Positions 54,892 through 64,000 of a stretch of 64,000 nt of DNA are shown here, piece after piece. A program made the translations under genes and the position numbers. Numbering within the stretch: the stretch's first letter is position 1; each line of letters begins with the position of its first letter. The notes under the pieces are model-generated. The model was given only the letters and a program-made list of their open reading frames with translations. It had not been told where the DNA came from and did not search any database. The DNA lies in IMG/VR virus record IMGVR_UViG_3300032038_000026. One strand, 5' to 3'. Source of the DNA: an uncultured virus (IMG/VR IMGVR_UViG_3300032038_000026) (Duplodnaviria; Heunggongvirae; Uroviricota; Caudoviricetes).

Positions 54892-57800
54892 ATGAGTACA
54901 ACTACAAAAAATGTAGGAAGAGTAAGTATTGTACCAAAAGGAGACTGGAATATTAATAATACTTATATACGTCTTGATTTAGTTACATATAATGGTAATT
55001 CTTATATAGCTAAAAAAGATGTACCAAAAAATATACAATTGAGTAATAATAATTATTGGATGCTAATTGCTTCAAAAGGTGAACAAGGTGAGCGGGGTGA
55101 GCAAGGGGCACCATTTGCTATTGTGAAGTCATATGCTTCTATTGCAGCTATGAACGCAGATTTTTCAAATACCGATGTACAAAATGGGTAGTTTGTTGTA
55201 ATTGATACTGGAAATGTACAAGATTCTGATAATGCAAAACTTTATTATAAAGGAAGCAGTAATTATGTTTTTGTTACTGATATGTCAGGAACTGCTGGTA
55301 TTCAAGGGCCACGAGGTGCATCTGCTTATGAGCAGGCCGTTGCAGGCGGCTACGAGGGGACTGAGGCACAGTTCAACGAGGACCTGGCAGACTTCAAAGA
55401 ATTGAGCGAGTAGGCAGCATCGAGCGCGATTGCCGCTGACAATTCCGCGAAAGATGCAGAGGCATATGCGATCGGTAAGCGCGGCGATACTGACGTCGAA
55501 AGCACTGATCCAACGTATCACAATAATGCTAAGTATTACTCAGAACAGGCGGCACTTATTGTTGACGATGTTGAGTAGGTCATGACTTCTACTACAATCG
55601 GCCCGACAGCGTTTGCCACATTCGATGCCAGCGTAGCAAGTATGCCACTCAAGGGGTTGACGGCTGATATCGAGCCTGTGTAGAATTTCAATGGGTACAG
55701 TCGCCCATGGCTTGGGGGAGCTGGGAAGAATTAGTTATCTTTATCTATGTCCTTTCTTTATGAAAAGAATACATCAGGTACATGGACTAATAATTCGTAT
55801 GCTCTCAATGGTGTTACTTTTGAAGTCCAATTAAATAATGATAATGATGTAATTGGGATTAATGTTAATGGTACTGCGTCTACTAATACAAATTTTTTAT
55901 TCATAGAACGTGCACCAATATCAATATCGGGATACCCACTTATAGAAAATGGATGTCCAAGTGGTGGAAGTAATAACACATATAGCATTACTACACGAGT
56001 TTATCATTCGGATTTTGGTTTTACAGATTATTATGATTATGGTTCTGGATTAAAAATACCATCTGGTGAAATGTTTAAGTCTTTCAGCTCTTAGATAAGA
56101 ATTCATTCTGGTTATACTGCATCTAATCTTATATTCCGTCCAATGATTCGTTTTGAGTTTAGCGATGATGGTGAAACGTTTGAGCCGTACTCCAACATAT
56201 GTCCCATCACTGGTTAGACGGGATGTAATGTGACGAGGACGGGGAAGAATCTATTTAACGAATCTCTGGCCAAATGGAAAAATAATGTCCTTATCAACTC
56301 ATCAGGGGTCGAAGTAAGCAACGCGGGATATAAAACCACCGGATATTATTCGCAAATTGCCCCGGGCTCATATGCTTTTCAGTACAACAAGGGAGATACA
56401 GTTTCCGCTCCGGCTATAATAGCTTACTATGATAAAAATAAAACTTTTATATCTCGCACGTATGCGGTGGACGTAGTGAGCGGAAGCGGAATTAAAACAG
56501 GGCTGGTCACTGTCCCCGATAATACTTGTTTTTATCGTTTGTCACTCTTAAAAAACTACTCAACAAATGTGCAAGTCGAACTTGGTTCTACTGCCACAGC
56601 ATACGAGCCCTATCAGGGCAACACTTACGACATCACCTTCCCTTCCTCTGCTGGCACAGTCTACGGCGGGACGCTGGATGTGGTGAACAAGTAGCTGATA
56701 GTGACAAAAAAGTATGCACTATTAAATGACCCAGATAAATGGAGTAAAACCAAATTCAATATATTTCAATATTCAGACCAATTCTCTGATAGGAAAAGAT
56801 ATCGGACCTTTCTTGAAGGTTTTTTATGTTCTTGCGCAAATACAAGCTCTAGTCAAGTACTTTAGGCAAGGTGGGCTGGTGTTAACACAGATTATTTTTG
56901 TTTTTCGTAGTTTTCACCTGGTAATGATGATATTTTAGATAAAATTAAAACAGCGGCAGCGAACAATAAAATAGCTATTTTGTACGATCTCGCAGAGCCT
57001 CTTGTCTATGATATTACTACTGAACAAGTTACAACACTTCTTGGCGAAGACAATATTTGGGCTGACACGGGTGATGTAACAGTTACTTATGGCGCATATC
57101 TGGAAACAATCAAGACTTACGCCGATCAGGCGGTAGACAGCGCGGCGGCAGCCGAGACCGCACAGAGCGCAGCCGAAGATGCACAGGCAGCAGCCGAGGC
57201 TGTCCTCGCCAGCATCCCCGAAGATTACACCGCGCTGAGCGGAGACGTCGATAACTTAAAGAGCGCAACAATTGGCGGTGAGCTTAATAAAATCGTTGTC
57301 AAAAATGAATACGTCAACAATGCTGGCGCAATAAATCCATATAATGGTTGGGATAGAACGGATTACGTTTTAGTTGCTGGCTGGCGTAAATTAAAGGTAA
57401 CTGCTTCATCGGCTTCAAATTACAATGTGTTTTATGACATCAACAAAAACTTTATATATGCAACAGTAACTGACAGGACTATCAATATTGTATCCGGTGA
57501 AAACGAAGTGCTTGTACCGCCAAATGCGTATTATGCTATCTTTTCCGGTACTGCCGCTTATACTGAAGCGCTCAAAATAGAGGCAATCGAAAGATACGCT
57601 GATTACCGTGATAACAAGCTGTTGCAGTATGACCGCGATTTACTCAACGGCAAACAAGTGTTTGTTGTCGGCCCTAACGATCTGACAATCGGCTATAGTA
57701 TCGATACTGACGGCACTGTAATGGAAAGTGCAAGACGAGCGATGTTCAGCGAATATTACCGGATTTTAAGGCCGCAGAACAAATACCTCATAACTTGCCC

Positions 57801-58749
57801 CGGCTTTAGAGTGCTTATTTGCGAGTACACGGCTGAAAACGGCGAATATGTTTTCTTAAAACGCTCACAATTAGCAAATGGTAGTGCTTTTTGGGCCACA
57901 ACGAGAACAACGCATATCCGTTTTGCTCTTGAAACAGTTAATTCAAATACTATTGAGCCAATAGTCGTATCAGAGTTTTGCAACGTGTTTTCAATGCGCG
58001 AACTTAATGATATTAATACATATCTGCGTGTTTGCACATTCAATCAAGCGCAAGGTTATGAAAGATTTGCACATGCCAATTTAACAAATGCAACAAAAAG
58101 AAAAATCAATTTTCTTAATTTTATTGGGGAATACAACCCTGATATTTTGTGCGCACAAGAAGCGCTTGGGGATTATTTTTGCCCTGATGAAGAAAAACTG
58201 CCAGTAAATAACGTTTTCAACAGAAAATACCTATTCACCCGTCAATCAGGTTATCAGCGTAGAACGTGGAGTAAATACAACTACAAAGAGCCTGAAACTA
58301 TTACTTTTACCCATCAAGCAACAGGCGGCACAAGATTTTACGGAAAAGAAACTTACCTGATTGAAGGTAAAGAAATTGTTGTGCTTAACACTCACTGCGA
58401 GTATCAAGGAAATTCTGATTTTGACCTTGCGAGAAAAGGCCAATTTGAGGAACTGGTCGCTGAAATGCAACAGCACACATACTGTATCTGCTGTGGTGAT
58501 TTCAACGCATGGAGCGCAGACGAATTTAATGTGTTCACAAACGCAGGATTATCATGCTCTAACTGCGGCGATTACGGAGAGATAGACACTTGGTATGTCG
58601 GAATGGATTATCCAGACTGGCCTTTCAAAGCCGTTGACAATATCATTACTACGCCAAGCATCGTCATTCAAAACGTAGTGCGAGGCCCGTATGATTTTGA
58701 CTATTTCTCTGACCACGCACCGCTTATTGCAGATTTGCAGATTCGTTAA
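54892..58749 (+). CDS. ~1285-aa fibre-like protein: collagen repeats, GKNL domains, C-terminal EEP (endo/exonuclease/phosphatase) domain
   Basis: Fragments 54892, 55747, 56230 and 56980 share a frame; GEQGERGEQG; TFN, DILCAQE, NTH, GDFN, DNI, SDH.P catalytic motifs. Confidence 0.75.
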
Positions 58750-58853
58750 AGGACTATTTAAGTCATGGTGGACATCATGGACGATGATGGAAAAAGAATC
58801 CAATAGGCTTTAAAAGATAGTTAATATATATAATTTAGTAAGGAGGAAACAAA

Positions 58854-59108
58854 ATGAAATTAGCTATTATTAAATGTGTTAATGGAAATTTTTCTGTAGT
58901 TGCTGAAGGTATTACAGATGACCAGACGGCACGTGTCAATTTCCATAATCAATGTTCTATACTTTGGAATGCTCCCGATGTTATTACTGGTGAGGTTGCT
59001 ATTGTAGATGAATAGCTTAATTTTTATCGTGGGTATAAAGAGTTTATTAATCATGCGGTTCCATCTGAGCAAGAAGCAGAACCTGATTCTGATGAGTCAG
59101 AAACATAA
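58854..59108 (+). CDS. Hypothetical protein (one TAG)
   Basis: AAGGAGG RBS; MKLAIIKCVNGNF...VDE*LN... Confidence 0.7.
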
Positions 59109-59314
59109 ACAAATTATTTAACCCACAATAAAATTTTCAAAAAATTATAATTACATAAATAAAATTTTACTTATAATCAGAAGGGTTAAATAATCTTTCT
59201 GATTATAAGTATTTAAGGAGATAAAAGGGGTATGGCTGTATATAATGGAAATTTAAATAATCTTCAACGTCAAATTCAAGATTTGCAACAAAGGTATATG
59301 GAAAAATAAAAGAA

Positions 59315-59339
59315 ACCTCAGAAGTTAAACTTCTGAGGT
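59315..59339. terminator. Bidirectional terminator
   Basis: ACCTCAGAAGT-taa-ACTTCTGAGGT between convergent genes. Confidence 0.7.
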
Positions 59340-59344
59340 ATTTA

Positions 59345-59707
59345 TTACATTCTTTTTGTATAACTTAACATTATCCAGCAACCATTTTTAAGTTGCCCCC
59401 AACCTTCTACTTCATTTACTATTTCATAAACACCCTAATCGGTAATTAAATCATAAACTTCTGCTTGAGTATTGGGAGCGCGCCGCATACGTAAAGACGG
59501 ATGGGTTACTTTTACTTTATATAAAAAATCTTTTTCAGGTTTTGCTTCTTCTTTAATTTCAATTTCAGGAATTGTTTCGGGGATGTTTTCTGGAGCTATT
59601 TCAGTAGTAATTTCTTCTACTTTTTCTTCTACTGGTTGCTCCATGTTAAAAGTATCTAAAAAATCCATTGGTTTTTCCTCCGGTTTTTGTCTATTTTTTC
59701 TTGCCAT
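59345..59707 (-). CDS. SH3b-domain protein (one TAG)
   Basis: LRMRRAPNT...D*GVYEIV.E.EGWGQLKNG.WI.L.YT; acidic linker. Confidence 0.7.
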
Positions 59708-59760
59708 ATTTTTCACCTCTATTTTTAAAGTGAAGTAGATAATATCTATATTTCAAAAAC

Positions 59761-59789
59761 TTGATTTCTTTTTAATTTTATAGTATAAT
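59761..59789 (+). promoter_or_regulatory. sigmaA-type promoter
   Basis: TTGATT-17-TATAAT. Confidence 0.65.
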
Positions 59790-59823
59790 ATAATTAAAGA
59801 TAAAAATAAATAGAGGTGTAATT

Positions 59824-60189
59824 ATGCCCGATTATGATAAATATGACGCAATAAATACATTAGCTGCGCGCTGGCTAGTGTGGAATTCAAAAGAGAAGAA
59901 AAAACCGCTTGGAATTAAACAATTTAAATGTAAAAAACTTACACATATGTGGCTTTTAAATATTATGAACTCTTTTAGTATTGCAAGTGGTTATGAAGAT
60001 TTTTATTTAGATTGTTCTTTTTGGACATATTTATATATTAAATACATAAAAAAATTCAAACATGTTAAAAGATTTAAAAATGAAGATGTATTTTTAATTG
60101 AACCAGGACTGTTTGCAGTAGAAGTTTGCGAGCAATTTGGCGAACGACCAGATAAGGTTGAATATATTTATAAGGATTATTGGAGATAA
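59824..60189 (+). CDS. Hypothetical protein
   Basis: 121 aa with GAGG RBS. Confidence 0.65.
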   Translation: MPDYDKYDAINTLAARWLVWNSKEKKKPLGIKQFKCKKLTHMWLLNIMNSFSIASGYEDFYLDCSFWTYLYIKYIKKFKHVKRFKNEDVFLIEPGLFAVEVCEQFGERPDKVEYIYKDYWR

Positions 60190-60191
60190 AA

Positions 60192-61163
60192 ATGGTTGAA
60201 ATAGGAATACCAGTTTATAAGGCGCGCGAAACTTTACCAGCTACTTTAGATTCTTTAGTTGCTTAGACGTGCAAAGATTTTGTTATCTGTCTTTCTATAG
60301 ATGGAGATAATGAAGATTACGATGATATAATTGAAATTTATCGTGCGCGCGGGCTTGAAATTAAAGTGATAACTTCTGTAATGAATTGTGGGGCGGGCAT
60401 GGCACGGCAACATGTACTTAATTGTACTTTATGTGATTATATAATGTTTGTTGACGCGGATGATATTCTTATGCCGCGCGCTGTAGAAGTTCTTTATACC
60501 CAAGCTAAAAAAGAAAACTATGATATATTACAAGCAAGTTTTATCAGAGAATCAAAAGATGGCGATGATATAATGATGGCTTCTACAGATAATGTACTTA
60601 CTTGGTTTCATGGTAAAATTTATAAAGTGGAATATTTAAAAAAGAAAGGAATTTCTTTTCTTTCAAATTTACGAATTGATGAAGATTCTTATTTTAATGC
60701 TGTAGCTTGGAACTCGACAGATAATAAGGGGCTAACCGGAGAAGTATTATATCTTTGGAGAGATAATAAAAATTCTATCACTCGTAGCTTGCCGGATAAA
60801 GAATATTTTATTAAAAATCATAATAGTTATATTTATAGTCAGGTGCAAGCTTTAATAAAATTGCATGAAATAAATGAAACAGTAAGTCAAACTTTTATTA
60901 CTAATACTTTAATAAATATTTATTATTTCTATATGCGTGCGCGCTTTTATAAATGTAATGAAGAAGAAATGGATAATATTATTTCTGTTCTGAAAAAAGA
61001 AGAATGGATGCAATTATGGCTTGATGATGGTGAAAATTGGGTAGATATTATTCAAAATATAAAACCTGGGCAAGTATATGATGGTGAATATGTAATTTTT
61101 TATAAAGAAACATTTAATTTATGGGCCGCGCGCCTTTTACGTGCGGATGTGAAAGGAGAATAA
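60192..61163 (+). CDS. Glycosyltransferase family 2 (true start 60192, one TAG)
   Basis: IPVY...LDSLVA*T, N.GAG.AR, FVDADD, ED motifs. Confidence 0.88.
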
Positions 61164-61164
61164 A

Positions 61165-61704
61165 ATGTATAGTAGTGGGCTTAGAGTTGTAATTGTTAAT
61201 GGTAAACCTGGGGTTGGTAAAACAACTTTTGAAAAACTTGCAAGAGATATTCTTGGTGAAGCTTTTTGTGAATGTAGGTCAACAGTAGACAAAGTTAAAG
61301 AAATTGCTATGTATGCTGGTTGGGATGGAGAAAAAGACTTAAAGAGTAGAAAATTTTTAAGTGATTTAAAAGATATTTGTACAGAATATAATGATATGCC
61401 AGTAACTGATATTATAAAATGGTTAGATATGTGGGAAGCTGATTTAAGATATTATAATGTTAGTAGTCAGTCACATGTGCTTTTTATTGATGACCGTGAA
61501 CCAGAGCATATTCAAAGATTAAAAGAGAAGCTTAATGCTATTACTGTACTTATACGGCGGCCAGGGGATGAAGATATTGAAACTTCTAATCATGCAGATG
61601 AAGAAATATTTAACTATACTTATGATTGGACTATTTATAATGATGGAGACATTAAAGATTTTAAAAATAAAACTCAGGCTTTCTTGGATTGGATTTTTAG
61701 TTAA
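61165..61704 (+). CDS. Deoxynucleoside monophosphate kinase-like P-loop protein
   Basis: NGKPGVGKTT, R..L..L, D.RE, I.NDG. Confidence 0.7.
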   Translation: MYSSGLRVVIVNGKPGVGKTTFEKLARDILGEAFCECRSTVDKVKEIAMYAGWDGEKDLKSRKFLSDLKDICTEYNDMPVTDIIKWLDMWEADLRYYNVSSQSHVLFIDDREPEHIQRLKEKLNAITVLIRRPGDEDIETSNHADEEIFNYTYDWTIYNDGDIKDFKNKTQAFLDWIFS

Positions 61705-61749
61705 ATTTATGATATAATTTATATATAAAATAGTGAAGGAAGTATATAA

Positions 61750-62865
61750 ATGAAAGGTTACGTTGCAGGAATTGATTGGATTAATGCGGAAGCAATGAAA
61801 TACTGGAGTTTTACCGCAGCAACTCCAGCAGAAAAACGTCATCAAGAAGCTCATAATATGGTGTTTTCTGGTGACTATATAGGTGCTCTTAAAGTAGATG
61901 GATATTATGAGCGTCTTATCAAAGATGAAGATGGTAACTGCTTTATGGTCGCGCGCAGCAAGAATGTAAAAGGTGAAGCGACAGAAAAGTTGGCCTGGGT
62001 GCCGCAGATTCATGACTTTATGGAGAGTTTGCCGAATGGAACTGTTTTACTTTCCGAGTGTTATTTACCTGGTAATGAGGGAAGTCAGAAGATCACCGGA
62101 CTTCTTGGATGTTTGAAGGATAGATGTATAGAACGTCAAGAGAAAGGTCAGAAGCTTCATTTTTATATTTTTGATGTGATGGCTTGGGCCGGAAGCGATT
62201 TCACAAAGGTTCCTTTTGAGCAAAGAGTTAATTTTCTTAGCGATATTGAATATGGTTATTCTACAAGTGAATATATTGAATGGGCTACATATTATGAAGG
62301 TAAAGAACTTTGGAATCATCTTCAAGATTATCTTGCATCTGGCCGCGAAGGTATGGTAATCATGCGCAAAGATGCCCCAGTATATTTTAAACGTACGCCC
62401 GCGCGCGTAAGTCTTAAAATTAAGAAAGAACTTCGAGAGTCAATTGATTGTTTCTTTACTGGTAAGGCGGCCGCGCCTACAAAGTATTATACTGGTAAAG
62501 AAATCGAATCGTGGAAGTATTGGATTAATGAAACGACTGGAGAAACTCTTCAAGAAGGGAATCACTATTATGAGTCCTCTATTGAAGGAAAGCCATATTC
62601 TGCGGTGACGAAGCCTTTTTACTATCACTGGGCTGGTAGTTTGGAAATTGGTGTGATGGATGGCGATAAAGAAGTGGGTATTGGTTATCTTAGTGGACTT
62701 ACTGATGAAGTCAAAGCTAATTATAAAGATTATACCCATTATGTAATTGAAGTTGGAGCTATGCAGTTGACACCAGACGGCGCGCTGCGGCATGGGAAAA
62801 TGCTTGGGTGGCGGCCGGATAAACCTTGGCGCGAATGTAGTATTGAACAAATTAAGAATATGTAA
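61750..62865 (+). CDS. ATP-dependent DNA ligase
   Basis: KVDG, FDV, EGMV, KIK, LRH...RPDK. Confidence 0.88.
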   Translation: MKGYVAGIDWINAEAMKYWSFTAATPAEKRHQEAHNMVFSGDYIGALKVDGYYERLIKDEDGNCFMVARSKNVKGEATEKLAWVPQIHDFMESLPNGTVLLSECYLPGNEGSQKITGLLGCLKDRCIERQEKGQKLHFYIFDVMAWAGSDFTKVPFEQRVNFLSDIEYGYSTSEYIEWATYYEGKELWNHLQDYLASGREGMVIMRKDAPVYFKRTPARVSLKIKKELRESIDCFFTGKAAAPTKYYTGKEIESWKYWINETTGETLQEGNHYYESSIEGKPYSAVTKPFYYHWAGSLEIGVMDGDKEVGIGYLSGLTDEVKANYKDYTHYVIEVGAMQLTPDGALRHGKMLGWRPDKPWRECSIEQIKNM

Positions 62866-62884
62866 TTATTAGATTTTGTTTATT

Positions 62885-62910
62885 TTATCCTCACTTCATA
62901 GTGAGGATAA
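62885..62910 (+). terminator. Hairpin after ligase
   Basis: TTATCCTCACT-tcat-AGTGAGGATAA. Confidence 0.5.
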
Positions 62911-62933
62911 TTCTAATATAAAGGAGGATAAAG

Positions 62934-63338
62934 ATGCCTAAAAATATTTTAAAATCTATTTTTAACATTAATGCTAAAAATAATAATGATTCCTATTGTA
63001 GAGTAAAATTTACTCGTACAGATAATGGTTGGGAAACCGATAAGACTTATGAAGAAGTTATGAGGGCCTATTATGCGAATTCTTATATTGAGGCAGAAAT
63101 ACCAAATGAGGGTGTATTAGATGAAGTGCTTCTTATCCCTCTTCGTTTTGTAAATACACATGGCTGGCTTACAAGTATTACTTTTTATTGGGAACGTACT
63201 TTCGTACCACCTGGTGGTTATGGTGATGTTACAGTTTATTCTGTTGAAGCAATAATGCAACATGGGAATAGTATGGTGGATTTTAATGAAAAAAAATTCC
63301 CAGCTTGTACTTGCGGGCGAGACCCAGTTCCTGTATAA
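62934..63338 (+). CDS. Hypothetical protein
   Basis: AAGGAGG RBS; DKTYEEV..AY motif similar to DRTFAEIQSAY in the 49089 gene. Confidence 0.65.
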   Translation: MPKNILKSIFNINAKNNNDSYCRVKFTRTDNGWETDKTYEEVMRAYYANSYIEAEIPNEGVLDEVLLIPLRFVNTHGWLTSITFYWERTFVPPGGYGDVTVYSVEAIMQHGNSMVDFNEKKFPACTCGRDPVPV

Positions 63339-63425
63339 GTAAGATTTAAAAAGTAAAATACTTATGTAATTTTATTTGAATATTTCTTTTTATATAGTCT
63401 ACATCGTAAAATTCCACTTTTAAAT

Positions 63426-63821
63426 ATGAGTAAAGTAGAAGATAGATTTTCCCAAATTTTTGTATCTGCTAATATCCCATATATTCGAGAGAAAACCTTT
63501 CCTGAATTAAAAAATGGAATTTTACGATATGACTTTTATCTCCCAACTTTTAACATATTAGTTGAAATAGATTCGATGCTTCATTTTAAACCGATTCCTA
63601 AATTTCATAAGTCTAAAACTGATTTTACACATGCTTAGTAGAATGACCGTTTAAAAAATAGCTTCGCGCTTTCACATAATATAAAATTATATCGTATTCC
63701 AGAATGGGAATTTTAGAATATAAAAACATTTACAGATATATTACAACCAAAATTTTTAGTAAAAGATAAATGGCATAACGACCGTATATATCGTGAATAT
63801 TTAAAGGGCAATTAGCCCTAA
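63426..63821 (+). CDS. DUF559/Vsr-like PD-(D/E)xK endonuclease (TAG read-through)
   Basis: REKTF..L, RYDFYL, VEIDS..H, **ND.LKN, LYRIP.W. Confidence 0.75.
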
Positions 63822-63843
63822 TTTTTATGTGGAGGCCATAAAA

Positions 63844-64000
63844 ATGTTTGAAAATATAAATTTATAGGAGGTCTGCAATATAATAATTCTTGTAAGTGCA
63901 GTTATTATTGCAGTAAAAAACATTTATGGGTTTTTGAAAAAACCAGTAGATGACCTCCATGGTCGTGCTCAATCAGCAGAAGAAAAACATATAGAAGAAG
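63844..64000 (+). CDS. Holin-like single-TM protein, 3' truncated (TAG at codon 8)
   Basis: GGAGG RBS; hydrophobic IIILVSAVIIAV followed by KKP and a charged tail. Confidence 0.45.

Noticed and set aside
48240..59340. Suppressor tRNA (CUA) or other tRNA in intergenic gaps
   Set aside because: No cloverleaf or T-loop GTTCRA pattern recognised by eye; tRNAscan-SE or ARAGORN would be decisive.
1..64000. TAG as pyrrolysine, or TGA recoding
   Set aside because: TAG maps to conserved Gln positions and no pyl genes are seen; TGA acts as a real stop with ATGA overlaps.

Overview
This is a 64-kb segment of a large, AT-rich tailed dsDNA phage. It looks siphovirus-like (no sheath gene seen), and GGAGG RBSs and sigmaA-type promoters point to a Firmicutes/Clostridia-type host. 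The supplied ORF track is fragmented because the phage reads TAG as a sense codon, almost certainly Gln (genetic code 15). With TAG=Q the broken ORFs join into tightly packed genes ending only in TAA/TGA, and TAG falls at conserved Gln positions (RuvC LALD*AT, GT2 DSLVA*T, permease FAL*VM, methylase DPPY*GT). Layout: (1) 1-22.45 kb, + strand morphogenesis (protease/scaffold, capsid, neck, two tail-tube paralogs, ~2481-aa tape measure, Dit, ~2134-aa tail tip); (2) 22.5-48.2 kb, - strand nucleotide metabolism and replication (RuvC, dUTPase, NCS2 permease, Ndt, FTR-like, NrdG/NrdD/NrdH, DnaE, adenine MTase, RecJ, primase, DnaB, AAA, SSB, GyrA/GyrB-like); (3) 48.5-58.8 kb, mosaic adhesin/fibre modules (BspA LRR, BppU paralogs, collagen-EEP protein); (4) 59-64 kb, GT2, dNMP kinase, ligase, DUF559-like nuclease and a holin-like start. 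Main findings: TAG use is partitioned between late genes (dense) and sigmaA-driven replication genes (none, or one 'gate' codon); the palindromes GCGCGC (~49 copies) and GCGGCCGC (6 copies) are strongly over-represented, HIP1-style, in an AT-rich genome; and there is a candidate ferredoxin-disulfide-reductase/NrdH/class III RNR redox chain. All calls come from manual reading without database searches.
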